Virus record (IMG/VR): IMGVR_UViG_3300017963_000081
Strand: one strand, 5' to 3'
Length of the DNA stretch: 49,260 nt
Source of the DNA: a virus
Positions 16,857-24,944 of the stretch are shown one piece after another. The position numbers and the translations under genes are program-made. Each line of letters begins with the position of its first letter. Positions within the stretch are counted from its first letter, which is position 1. The notes beneath the pieces were generated by a model. The model was not told where the DNA came from. It worked only from the letters and a program-made list of their open reading frames with translations, and did not search any database.

Positions 16857-16885
16857 CGCTCCACCCACCAGTGGAGCGTCTTTTT
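16857..16885 (+). terminator. Terminator-like hairpin in plus orientation, inside the leader region of the minus-strand cassette
   Basis: cgctccac-ccacca-gtggagcg (8-bp stem) followed by TCTTTTT on the + strand. Confidence 0.4.
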
Positions 16886-16907
16886 CGGGGTCCGTCAATA
16901 CTGTGCG

Positions 16908-16934
16908 ATTGTATACTAAAAAACACAAAGTCAA
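16908..16934 (-). promoter_or_regulatory. Candidate promoter for the exonuclease/ERCC4 cassette (minus strand): TTGACT-N15-TACAAT
   Basis: The minus strand reads ctaTTGACTttgtgttttttagtaTACAATcgc. The spacer is short. Confidence 0.35.
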
Positions 16935-16955
16935 TAGGGTTACTGTAGTATCCGG

Positions 16956-17110
16956 GGGTATATATCACCCTTTCTGTATCCATGTTACTTCTGAACACCC
17001 ATACACTTAACCCCCCGATATCTAAACTGTTGGAAAATAACGACTTACAAAATCGTCCCTTAGTTGGGGGGTGGTAGCATACCTCAAAGTGTCTCTTGCA
17101 CAAATCTACT
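16956..17110. repeat. Right arm of the inverted duplication (box B 16956-16996, box A 17085-17110)
   Basis: See the left arm. Here the same box B ... box A order points toward the + strand promoter at 17135. Confidence 0.9.
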
Positions 17111-17134
17111 TATGACGTCCCTAATAAAGACGGG

Positions 17135-17163
17135 TTGACAGAGACCCTAACAATATATAGTAT
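17135..17163 (+). promoter_or_regulatory. Near-consensus sigma70-type promoter (plus strand): TTGACA-N17-TAGTAT
   Basis: gggTTGACAgagaccctaacaatataTAGTATgt, about 25 nt downstream of box A, the same spacing as on the other arm. Confidence 0.6.
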
Positions 17164-17220
17164 GTACTTTTGGATTTCGCGGTACTAACAGATTCTCGCA
17201 AACCTTGGGAGGGCCTTGCA

Positions 17221-17625
17221 GTGCAAACATTCATACCGTATTCTAACTTCGATTGGTCCGCGTTTGTCCTGGATGACAAGCGGCTCGGTAATCAGTTCTA
17301 CAACGAGGGTCAAGTGCTACTTCGCGGAGGTTGGCCGAACCACCCCGCGAGCAAGATGTGGCGGGGGTATCACTTCGCTCTAGGATGCTACCTGTTAGCT
17401 TGTGCTAGGGAGCTTCACCGGCGTGGTCGATTCTACCCCGAACACATCAACACGACTTGGCAGGTCATGAACCTCGACCGCGAGCGGCGTATGCCCCCGT
17501 GGATCGGGGACGAGCGGGTCCATTCGTCCCACCGGGCGAATCTGCTCCGCAAGGACCCCCAGCACTATGGACAATTCAACTGGACGGAGCAACCGACCGA
17601 AGGCTACTTCTGGCCAGTACAATAG
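17221..17625 (+). CDS. Pyrimidine-dimer DNA glycosylase-like protein (tentative), 134 aa from GTG 17221; the ORF is open from TTG 17170
   Basis: GGGAGGG RBS 7 nt before GTG 17221. LDDKRLGNQ...NHPASKMW...HSSHRANLLRKDPQHY resembles bacterial DenV-like family members as I recall them. Confidence 0.45.
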   Translation: MQTFIPYSNFDWSAFVLDDKRLGNQFYNEGQVLLRGGWPNHPASKMWRGYHFALGCYLLACARELHRRGRFYPEHINTTWQVMNLDRERRMPPWIGDERVHSSHRANLLRKDPQHYGQFNWTEQPTEGYFWPVQ

Positions 17626-17711
17626 CGAGCCTCCCACCGTCGGCCCGCTGCGTGATGACACTCGTCGTGTCTAGCGTGGCGGGCTTTTTTCATCCCCCAA
17701 GGAGATTGGAC

Positions 17712-17954
17712 ATGACAAAAATTGATCTTCCATCGCGACGGCGTATAGACAAGCAGCAAGACAAAGTCGTGAAAGACCCTACCGACTGGTTCTTCTGCTC
17801 TCGTCCGTTGTCGTCCATCAACCCGCGACTCGTCCGCGCCGAGAAAGACTTTTGGGAAGGCCGACGCTGGACCTTCATAAAAGTCTCCATCAAATATGCG
17901 GACGGTTCCGTTGTTGAAGGTTCGCAGCGGTTGAAGGCGGATCGGGTGCTCTAG
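17712..17954 (+). CDS. Hypothetical protein, 80 aa
   Basis: AAGGAG RBS before ATG 17712. The ORF-track extension to 17457 overlaps the previous gene. The TAG stop abuts motif copy 2. Confidence 0.5.
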   Translation: MTKIDLPSRRRIDKQQDKVVKDPTDWFFCSRPLSSINPRLVRAEKDFWEGRRWTFIKVSIKYADGSVVEGSQRLKADRVL

Positions 17955-18017
17955 GTTTTCTCTCCAGGTTCCCGACTGGGCATCTGAAAATTGACAATTG
18001 TCTAGAAAGGTGATGAT
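17955..18017 (+). promoter_or_regulatory. Conserved intergenic module, copy 2
   Basis: gTTTTCTCTCCAGgtTCCCgactGGGcatCTGAAAATtGACAATTGTCtagaaaggtgatgatATG. Confidence 0.8.
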
Positions 18018-18212
18018 ATGAAAGAGTTACCGGCTGACAAGCTTATCATGAAGATTCGTACGATGTTGGAAAAGGAATCGTACTCGCTCGGGCAGGAGGA
18101 GAAGGAATACTGTGAGGATGCTTTAGGGATCCTTGCTGCCGTCACGGAAGGTTTAGAAATGCGTTTGAGAGAACTAGAAGCGGAGGCAGAAGACGATGGG
18201 AGAAATGGCTGA
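18018..18212 (+). CDS. Hypothetical acidic protein, 64 aa
   Basis: First ORF after motif copy 2, with an AAAGGTG RBS. Confidence 0.55.
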   Translation: MKELPADKLIMKIRTMLEKESYSLGQEEKEYCEDALGILAAVTEGLEMRLRELEAEAEDDGRNG

Positions 18213-18477
18213 TTGGTTTCTCGAACAGGTAATGGACATGGAGGAGCTGCGAGAAGATTACAGAGCTGGCTTCATGACGGACATTGAGGCGTATGAAGCT
18301 GGCATAATCGACGAACAGGGACACTACCTCGGTTACGGTGTCGGATACGACAGGACCCGGATGTGCCGTTATTGCGGAAAGCGCGGTTTGTTGTGGGGGA
18401 GGGATGGTAAGAGGTGGCGACTATTTGAGGTTTGTGATCATTCTTACCACGTCCACACTTGCTTGAAAAGGAGATAA
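18196..18477 (+). CDS. Hypothetical protein with a C-terminal Cys/His zinc-binding-like motif, 93 aa (alternative ATG 18205)
   Basis: CRYCGKRGLLWGRDGKRWRLFEVCDHSYHVHTC. Start overlaps the upstream stop. Confidence 0.5.
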   Translation: MGEMADWFLEQVMDMEELREDYRAGFMTDIEAYEAGIIDEQGHYLGYGVGYDRTRMCRYCGKRGLLWGRDGKRWRLFEVCDHSYHVHTCLKRR

Positions 18478-18479
18478 CT

Positions 18480-18671
18480 GTGCCTGACCCGAAAACAGGA
18501 CGATACGTCGATACGGATCGGATGCCGTTCGGCCTGCACAAAGGGAAGTACCTTTACGATATTTCCGATGCATATTGGAGATGGTTTCTCAAACAAGACT
18601 GGAGCAAACGTTGGCCAAAGCTGGTCGAGTATGCGAAGGTCGCAGAGGGGGAGGACTTCGACGATGTTTGA
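18480..18671 (+). CDS. DUF3820-like small protein, 63 aa (GTG start)
   Basis: AAGGAG RBS 6 nt before the GTG. MPFGLHKGKYLYDISDAYWRWF matches the MPFGKYKG...YL.W pattern I associate with DUF3820. Confidence 0.5.
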   Translation: MPDPKTGRYVDTDRMPFGLHKGKYLYDISDAYWRWFLKQDWSKRWPKLVEYAKVAEGEDFDDV

Positions 18672-18888
18672 CCAGAAGCTGAAGAAGACGCCGATCACGG
18701 TCGAAACCGCGGAGGCGGTGTTGTTGATCTATCGGAAGATGGCTCAAGCGTTGGAAACTATTCGACCGGAAGACCCTCTAGCCCGTGCTCTTGTGCGGGC
18801 AGAAGCACAACGTTTTCGTAAGCTGTCGCAACGATGGAAAGCGCAGCGGAAAGACTCCGAGAACCCCGACATAAAGGGCGTTGTATGA
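18664..18888 (+). CDS. Hypothetical protein, 74 aa
   Basis: ATG 18664 overlaps the upstream TGA (ATGTTTGA). Confidence 0.45.
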   Translation: MFDQKLKKTPITVETAEAVLLIYRKMAQALETIRPEDPLARALVRAEAQRFRKLSQRWKAQRKDSENPDIKGVV

Positions 18889-19214
18889 ACTATTTCAAAT
18901 TTAAAGAGGCGATGGAGCAAGCAAAAGCTGCTGAACGCGATATGTTGGCTTGTGTAAACTCGTCCGACAACGTTTACCTCGGAGCAAGTTCTGAAGTGCG
19001 GGCAATTTTGGCGCGTTATGCGGCTTACGTCGCGTCAATACTCGGTTCCAATCAGAAAGAGGATTCCGAAGGCGCAACAGAAGCTTGTGTGATAGCTTTC
19101 TCTATTGTTGCTCGATATGCGTATATCAAAGGATATGAACAAGGGCGAAAAAAGATGACCGACGAACTTGCTTTCCTTCGGACAAAAGAAAAAGAGGGAA
19201 AAGATGTCGATTGA
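18885..19214 (+). CDS. Hypothetical protein, 109 aa
   Basis: ATGA overlap with the upstream stop. Confidence 0.45.
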   Translation: MNYFKFKEAMEQAKAAERDMLACVNSSDNVYLGASSEVRAILARYAAYVASILGSNQKEDSEGATEACVIAFSIVARYAYIKGYEQGRKKMTDELAFLRTKEKEGKDVD

Positions 19215-19776
19215 AGACTTTGAAGCGAAATGGCTGCGGTGCAAGCGTTGCCCCAACCTGCTCGAAGAACGTCACAACGTCGTTCTTTATCGCGGACATA
19301 CAAACTGTCCCGACGTGCTGTTTCTCGGGGAGGCTCCCGGAAAGGTCGAAGACGCATTTGGCGTTCCGTTCAAGGGACCGGCAGGCCGGTTGCTGAACAA
19401 GCTGATTTTGGAGACCCTCCCCGAAGATCGAACAATGACTTATGTCATCACCAACATTGTTTGCTGCCTACCGCTGGACGCGGACGGAAAGATTCGCCAG
19501 CCAACATCGGAGGAGGCTGAAAATTGTTCGGATCGTCTTTTCGAATTCTACGAACGTTGTCTCCCGTCTTCGGTTGTTCTGCTGGGCGAGGTTGCCAAGA
19601 AGTATTGGAATGCACACCTCGCAAAACGGGTAGGCTTCCCATTGCCTATCATCCATGTCTACCACCCCGCTTACCTCTTGCGGCAAGGGGAATCCGCAGG
19701 AACCGTCGGTTTCCACACGTTGGCCGGCAAGGCCACTGTCCTCAAACTCCGTCGTTTTTTCAAGGAGAACTTTTGA
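19204..19776 (+). CDS. Uracil-DNA glycosylase superfamily protein (family 4-like), 190 aa
   Basis: LFLGEAPGKVEDAFGVPFKGPAGRLL (motif A GEAPG) and VYHPAYLLRQG (motif B HPxxLLR). Confidence 0.75.
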   Translation: MSIEDFEAKWLRCKRCPNLLEERHNVVLYRGHTNCPDVLFLGEAPGKVEDAFGVPFKGPAGRLLNKLILETLPEDRTMTYVITNIVCCLPLDADGKIRQPTSEEAENCSDRLFEFYERCLPSSVVLLGEVAKKYWNAHLAKRVGFPLPIIHVYHPAYLLRQGESAGTVGFHTLAGKATVLKLRRFFKENF

Positions 19777-20849
19777 TGCAAGTCTACAAGCTATTTGATC
19801 GCGGCATTAGCAAGAGCTTCCTGGAGACGTTTTCTGCTTGCCGAGAGGCGTGTCGGCTCCAGTACCTCAAAGGGTACTACCCGGTCAAGGAGGGCTTCGC
19901 TCTAGACTTCGGGACTGCGTTCCATGCGTGCAACGCTCACCTTCAAACCATCGCAGATCAGACATGGGAAGGGGTCCAGCACGTATGCACCAAGTACGCC
20001 CGAGAGTACATCGCAAAGCGAAAGAAGTACATGGACAAGCCTTCTATCGAAGAGTTTCAAGAGATGATGGAACGGGTTGCAGTAACCCTCGACGAGTACC
20101 GAAAGCGGTGGGCCAAAGACGATGCGAAGGTCGAGTGGGTTGAGCGTGAGAAAGAGTTCGCGTTGTGGCTTGAATACGAATACGCCGACGACACGATGTT
20201 TCTTGTTCCATTCAAAGGTTACCGGGATGGCGTTTTTTATCGCAAAGATCGCAAGGGCGGGATGCAGAACCTCTACCTCTTTGAGACGAAAACGAAAACA
20301 AAATGGGACCAGGCGGACATCCGCGACCTGCTGGAGCACGACCTGCAAACCATGCTCTACCTCTTCTCTATGCAATCTGAATACGGCAGGCTCCCTAAGG
20401 GTGTCCGTTACGATCTGGTCAAACGTCCCAGCACGCTGATCAAGGGCGGCGCAGAGCGGGTCCGTACTTTCATTCAAAAATCCCCAAAAGGTTACTTCTG
20501 GCGGCACGACTGGAACACCGTTCGTCAACGTCACCTCACTTCGTGGCGGGTTAAGTTCTTGGACGGGCTGATCCGCCAAGTCGTGGATTGGGTCCTTGGG
20601 TTCTATCCGGATTGGCGAGACACCGCAGGACGGCGGGAGATCAATGACCCCTACGACAATCCCCATCACTTCGCGAACTCCGCAAACCTCGTTACCTTTT
20701 GGGGACGGGATCCCATGTTCGACGCGGTGACGCGGGGGAAACTGGACGGACTAGTCCACGCGCCGGAGTCTGCGCGAAAGTGCATCATCCCCATAGAGAA
20801 CGTGGAAGATTCAAAACACGCGAAAAAAACGCGGAAAAAGCGGGGTTGA
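19776..20849 (+). CDS. PD-(D/E)XK family nuclease (recombination exonuclease candidate), 357 aa
   Basis: TGATG coupling to the UDG gene. YLFETKTKTKW...DLQTMLY core. Located directly upstream of the ERF annealase. Confidence 0.55.
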   Translation: MQVYKLFDRGISKSFLETFSACREACRLQYLKGYYPVKEGFALDFGTAFHACNAHLQTIADQTWEGVQHVCTKYAREYIAKRKKYMDKPSIEEFQEMMERVAVTLDEYRKRWAKDDAKVEWVEREKEFALWLEYEYADDTMFLVPFKGYRDGVFYRKDRKGGMQNLYLFETKTKTKWDQADIRDLLEHDLQTMLYLFSMQSEYGRLPKGVRYDLVKRPSTLIKGGAERVRTFIQKSPKGYFWRHDWNTVRQRHLTSWRVKFLDGLIRQVVDWVLGFYPDWRDTAGRREINDPYDNPHHFANSANLVTFWGRDPMFDAVTRGKLDGLVHAPESARKCIIPIENVEDSKHAKKTRKKRG

Positions 20850-20925
20850 CAAATACTCGCATTTGTGCGAGACTCGATAGTTGTGTTTTTTAACCCCTCA
20901 TTTCACCCCTAAAGGAGACGTACCG

Positions 20926-21468
20926 ATGGCAAAGAAAAAACCACCGGCCCTATCGCGGAGAACGAAACCGACATTGTCGGAACCTCCGCGACCGACCCCG
21001 ACGGTCGAGAGTGTCGGAGACCCGATCCTCAGCAAGATGGAAGTTCTCATGTCCTCCTCTGTGGGAAAGCTTGCGGAGGCGATCTACAAGGTGCAGCGAA
21101 GCATCGGACTTATCGGAAAGGATTCCGAAGGGTTCAAATATGCTTACACTTCCCTTGGAGCAATCCGCGACGCTATCGAAGGACCCCTCGCGGAAGCGAA
21201 GCTAGTCCTATCCCAATTCCCTTGCAGCGTGGGCGGGCGTGTCGGGGCAACCACCGTCCTAATCCATGCGGGTTCTGGCGAGTGGATGCAGCTCGGCTTT
21301 ACACTCCCCGTGGTCCAGATGCGTTCCCGCGAGGGTCGGGACACTGCAACCCTGACCCAATGTGCAGGCGCAGCAATCACCTACGCAAAGCGTTACGCTA
21401 TTTGCTCCGTGTTGGGCATTGTGGCGACAGACGACGCGGACGTGGACGACTTTGGTCCGGGCGACTAG
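20926..21468 (+). CDS. ERF-family single-strand annealing protein, 180 aa, with a basic N-terminal extension
   Basis: AAAGGAG RBS. The core GKDSEGFKYAYTSLGAIRDAIEGPLAEAKLVLSQ...AITYAKRYAICSVLGI is typical of ERF proteins. Confidence 0.65.
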   Translation: MAKKKPPALSRRTKPTLSEPPRPTPTVESVGDPILSKMEVLMSSSVGKLAEAIYKVQRSIGLIGKDSEGFKYAYTSLGAIRDAIEGPLAEAKLVLSQFPCSVGGRVGATTVLIHAGSGEWMQLGFTLPVVQMRSREGRDTATLTQCAGAAITYAKRYAICSVLGIVATDDADVDDFGPGD

Positions 21469-21536
21469 TCTGTTTTCTCTCCAGTAGTCCCGGTGGGACA
21501 CTCAAAATTCTACAACTGTATAGAAAGGGTTCGACA
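21469..21536 (+). promoter_or_regulatory. Conserved intergenic module, copy 3
   Basis: tctgTTTTCTCTCCAGtaGTCCCggtGGGACacTCAAAATtcTACAacTGTAtagaaagggttcgacaATG. Confidence 0.8.
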
Positions 21537-22127
21537 ATGGCAAAGAAGAAAGCTTCAGGCCGTGCAGCAAGTACCGCTCGCGCTTCCCGCAAGACTGCGA
21601 AGGGTGTCGCAGCGAAGAAAGCCCCCGTCAAGAAGAAGGCGTCTTCAGGTGGCAAGACGGAGGGGACCTTGTCCTGGAAACAATACAAGGAGAACACCAA
21701 GGTTGATTGGGGCGTGACGACACGGCGTGCCAAGAGTATGGCGGGACAAACCAGTCTCGTCGAGGGGACCTATCCCGCGAAGTTGATTGATGCGAAGCTG
21801 CGCAACAGCTTTCGGACGAAAGGCGTCCTTGCTCTGGAAATGACCTTTGCGGTGACGGATGGGGAGTACGAGGGCGAGGTGGTCAGCACAGTTGACGACA
21901 TTGACCCTACCCGTACGCTTAGCGCGAATACCGACGCTACCCCTTATGACATTCTGATCCAACACATCGGCCAATTGGGGTACGAAGTTTCTGAAGATCC
22001 CGACTTTGATGAAGTCATTGGGATGTTGAAGGCGGACCAGCCCGAAGCTGAGATCGACATCGTGATTGGTGACACGGGACGTGCTTACGTTCGGCGCATA
22101 CGTGGCGTGGAGGAAGAGGAAGAGTAG
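21537..22127 (+). CDS. DUF669-like protein (ssDNA-binding candidate), 196 aa, with an H1-like basic N-tail and an acidic C-terminus (EEEEE)
   Basis: Starts right after motif copy 3. The ORF-track extension to 21222 was rejected because it runs through the ERF 3' end and the motif. The acidic tail is typical of phage SSBs. Confidence 0.5.
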   Translation: MAKKKASGRAASTARASRKTAKGVAAKKAPVKKKASSGGKTEGTLSWKQYKENTKVDWGVTTRRAKSMAGQTSLVEGTYPAKLIDAKLRNSFRTKGVLALEMTFAVTDGEYEGEVVSTVDDIDPTRTLSANTDATPYDILIQHIGQLGYEVSEDPDFDEVIGMLKADQPEAEIDIVIGDTGRAYVRRIRGVEEEEE

Positions 22128-22149
22128 CGGCTTGTCTCTGCGGGGGTCG

Positions 22150-22187
22150 GGAGGGGGTTCGGAGAAATCCGCCCCCTCCTGTTTTTT
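22150..22187 (+). terminator. Rho-independent terminator
   Basis: ggaggggg..cgga-gaaa-tccg..ccccctcc, followed by tgTTTTTT. Confidence 0.8.
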
Positions 22188-22200
22188 GGGAGGATTCCAA

Positions 22201-24054
22201 ATGGTCAGAAAACTCGAAACGAAGCTAGATGAGACGATCCGCCGACAGCGTCCGTTGCTCCCTCCATACTCGGAACCATACGTTGCGGTGGATACGGAGA
22301 CGACGGGTTTGGACGTGTCGCACAAAGACGTCGCTTTCGCAGTGTCGGCGTGTACGCACAACGGGGAACGCTACTTTTGGCAATGGGATATAGACCCGAA
22401 TACTCGTCAGGCGTCGATTTCGTCGCAAATGCGAAGTGAGATTAAAGGGTTGATTGATGCGTATCCTGATATCGTGTTCCACAACGCTAAGTTCGACTTG
22501 CAGGCGTTAGCGACAATTGACCTCATTGTTCCGAATCGCGTGATTATCCATGACACCGTGGTTGCGGCGCATGTTTTGGGGGAAGAGACGAAGGGGTTGA
22601 AAGATCTGGCGTTGCTCTACCTCAACATCCCTGCGGATGATGAATCGGAGCTACGCACTGCGGTGGTCAAAGCGCGGGCGTTGCTCAAGAACGCGGGTTA
22701 TCCTCGCGGGGAGAAAGTCCAATATGACTACTGGGCACCGTTTTTCTTCCGTGACAAAGTTCCCGAATTTCGGGAAGTGTTGAAACGCTACGCAATCCGC
22801 GACGCGGAGCGAACCGCTTTGCTCTGGCGTGGTCTAGGCCCCTTGCTGGACAAAGAAGGTTTAGTCTTCCAGTACCATCGCGAGATGGCGGTCGTCCCGA
22901 TGATCGACTTCATGGAACGTGAGGGGGTTCCGTTTAAATCAAAGCTGGCGCATAAACGACACGGCGAGCTGCGTCACCGCTGCAATGTTCTTTGTGACCA
23001 GATGAGTGTCTTTGCAGGCTTCGACGTGAACCCCCGCTCCCCCGATCACTTGGCGAAGATGCTTCACGACGTAGCAGGGCTTCCCGTAATCTCCAAAACT
23101 CCGACCGGAAAACCTGCAACGGATGCAGCAACGATTCAAGACCTGTCGGATCGGTATTCCTGCGAAGCGTTGCAGGACCTTCAGGAATTCAAACAGTGCA
23201 ACAAGGCGGTGACGGACATTGAACAATACTTAGGCAAACAGCACTGGACAAAAGTTCACTTCCATTACAACACGGTCGGCACGAAGACGACTCGATTTTC
23301 TTCTACCAACCCCAACGGTCAAAACATCGCAAAGAGCGCAGCGGTTCCCCTGCGGGATTTGTTTGGTCCTCCGATGGGCTGGCGTTGGCTCGACGTGGAT
23401 TATGATCAATTGGAGCTGCGCATCTTTGCGGAGCTATCGCAAGAACGCGTGATGATGGAGGCATTTTCCAGAGGTAAAGACCTGCATCAAATCACCGCAG
23501 ACGGTATCTCGAAAATTGCAGGTAGGGAGGTTGACCGTGCCCTCGGCAAGCGGGTCAATTTCGCGTGGATTTATGGAGCGCGTCCTAAGAAGCTTGGCAT
23601 TCTGATCGGCGTAGAAGCAGACGCTCTTGATCTTGCAATGCGGACAACCTACCCCCGCGCGGTCGAATGGTTCAACGAAGTGCAATCACGCGGGCGTCGC
23701 GAAGGATTTGTCTACAGCGGTTTCGGGTTTCGAATACCCGTTCCTCCGCAGGAAGCGTATAAAGGAGTCAATTACATCATCCAATCGACGGCGGGCGACG
23801 TGCTCAAGAATGCAATCATCCGAATCCACGATTATCTGACCCGACGAAAACTGTATGACAGTATTCGGCCATTGCTGACAATCCATGACGAACTGGTTTT
23901 CCAGATTCACAAAAGTGTGTCCGAAAGTCACCTGCGGGAGCTTTGCATCATCATGGAAATGAGCGGTCGTGATGTGGGCGTGCATACCCCGGTCGGTGCA
24001 AAAATCATTTCTGGCGGTCGAGGTTGGTCCAAAGGGCGTACCTGGAAACCATGA
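22201..24054 (+). CDS. Family A DNA polymerase with 3'-5' exonuclease domain, 617 aa
   Basis: Exo motifs VAVDTETTGL, FHNAKFDLQAL and YAIRDAERT. Pol motifs DYDQLELRIFA (A), RALGKRVNFAWIYG (B) and LTIHDELVF (C). GGAGG RBS. Confidence 0.9.
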   Translation: MVRKLETKLDETIRRQRPLLPPYSEPYVAVDTETTGLDVSHKDVAFAVSACTHNGERYFWQWDIDPNTRQASISSQMRSEIKGLIDAYPDIVFHNAKFDLQALATIDLIVPNRVIIHDTVVAAHVLGEETKGLKDLALLYLNIPADDESELRTAVVKARALLKNAGYPRGEKVQYDYWAPFFFRDKVPEFREVLKRYAIRDAERTALLWRGLGPLLDKEGLVFQYHREMAVVPMIDFMEREGVPFKSKLAHKRHGELRHRCNVLCDQMSVFAGFDVNPRSPDHLAKMLHDVAGLPVISKTPTGKPATDAATIQDLSDRYSCEALQDLQEFKQCNKAVTDIEQYLGKQHWTKVHFHYNTVGTKTTRFSSTNPNGQNIAKSAAVPLRDLFGPPMGWRWLDVDYDQLELRIFAELSQERVMMEAFSRGKDLHQITADGISKIAGREVDRALGKRVNFAWIYGARPKKLGILIGVEADALDLAMRTTYPRAVEWFNEVQSRGRREGFVYSGFGFRIPVPPQEAYKGVNYIIQSTAGDVLKNAIIRIHDYLTRRKLYDSIRPLLTIHDELVFQIHKSVSESHLRELCIIMEMSGRDVGVHTPVGAKIISGGRGWSKGRTWKP

Positions 24055-24080
24055 CCGCAATTTTCAAGGGAGGTGTTACG

Positions 24081-24857
24081 ATGCTAAACGTATGTTCAGC
24101 TAGGTACTCTGTGATGGAACGCGGCGATTTGCGGGAGGTTCCGCTACCGTCTGCTGGTGATCGGAGTCGCTGGAAGGGAATCCAACACGGTGAACTCATG
24201 GACACTATTGAAGGCGTCCTGAAGGATGATTACAAAATGGGGATGGTGGATGAACGCTACGCGGTGTCTCCCAATCAAGCGAAGCTGGTCGGCGGGTTCA
24301 AGCTTCGTGAGCTAAAGCGGAAGCAACCCAAGCAGGTCATGGGTCTTCCACACAAGACGGAGCTTTGTATGGGCATCCGTCATGGGAACGATTCGACGTT
24401 TGCGTTGACGTGTTCTCTCGGCGCGTCTGTTCTTGTGTGTGAGAACGGTCTGATCATCGGAGAGTACACGGCCAAACACCGTCACTCTTCCAAGCTGAAG
24501 CTTGAAGATTACATTCGCGAAACGTTCGAAGGGTACTTTGAAAATCTCGGCGTCCTTGGCGATACGCTGTCTGGTTTGGCGGAGCGAAACGTCACTCCCG
24601 CTGACCACGACGCGGGGATTTTGCAACTAGCACGGACGGGATGTTTGCCTTGGAGACTGGCCGGCGATGTGGACAAGCTTTGGAGAAAGACCCTGGAGGG
24701 AAAGGGTCCCCACAACGGAGCATTCGATGGGCGGACGGCGTGGGATTGGTACAACCACGTCAATGACGTTATTAAGCGCACCCCGCCTATTGGCCAGCTT
24801 CGGCGTCTCCATCAGGCGTACCGAATTAGCTCTGGTCCATTTGCAACCGCTACGTGA
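24081..24857 (+). CDS. DUF932-like phage/plasmid protein (tentative), 258 aa
   Basis: GGGAGG RBS before ATG 24081 (alternative ATG 24051). The family call rests on general resemblance only. Confidence 0.4.
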   Translation: MLNVCSARYSVMERGDLREVPLPSAGDRSRWKGIQHGELMDTIEGVLKDDYKMGMVDERYAVSPNQAKLVGGFKLRELKRKQPKQVMGLPHKTELCMGIRHGNDSTFALTCSLGASVLVCENGLIIGEYTAKHRHSSKLKLEDYIRETFEGYFENLGVLGDTLSGLAERNVTPADHDAGILQLARTGCLPWRLAGDVDKLWRKTLEGKGPHNGAFDGRTAWDWYNHVNDVIKRTPPIGQLRRLHQAYRISSGPFATAT

Positions 24858-24870
24858 TAACACACCTTTC

Positions 24871-24944
24871 GGTTTTCTGTCCAGTGGCCCTCCGGAGAAA
24901 TCCCCGGAGGGTCCATCTCTTTCTGAACCTTTAGGGAGGCGACG
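24871..24944 (+). promoter_or_regulatory. Conserved intergenic module, copy 4 (variant with an 8-bp hairpin)
   Basis: gTTTTCTGTCCAGtggCCCTCCGGagaaatccCCGGAGGGtccatctctttctgaacctttagggaggcgacgATG. Confidence 0.7.

Noticed and set aside
15136-16955. Invertible (shufflon or Gin/Hin-type) segment bounded by the inverted repeats
   Set aside because: No serine or tyrosine recombinase is encoded anywhere in the genome. Each arm carries an outward promoter, so duplicated regulatory regions explain the repeats better. The idea is kept only as an alternative in the findings.
20846-20892. TTGACA at 20846, plus a ctcgca-tttg-tgcgag hairpin and a T-run before the ERF gene, as a promoter or terminator
   Set aside because: No acceptable -10 element lies at 16-18 nt (GAGACT). 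The T-run is about 10 nt away from a 6-bp stem. Too weak to call.
21222-21536. N-terminal extensions given by the ORF track. Examples: 21222 for the DUF669-like gene, 22066 for the polymerase, 19524 for the nuclease, 26944 for the Arg-rich ORF, 17457 for the 80-aa ORF.
   Set aside because: The extensions run through upstream genes, terminators or the conserved module. Internal starts with good RBSs or stop/start coupling give the expected domain boundaries.
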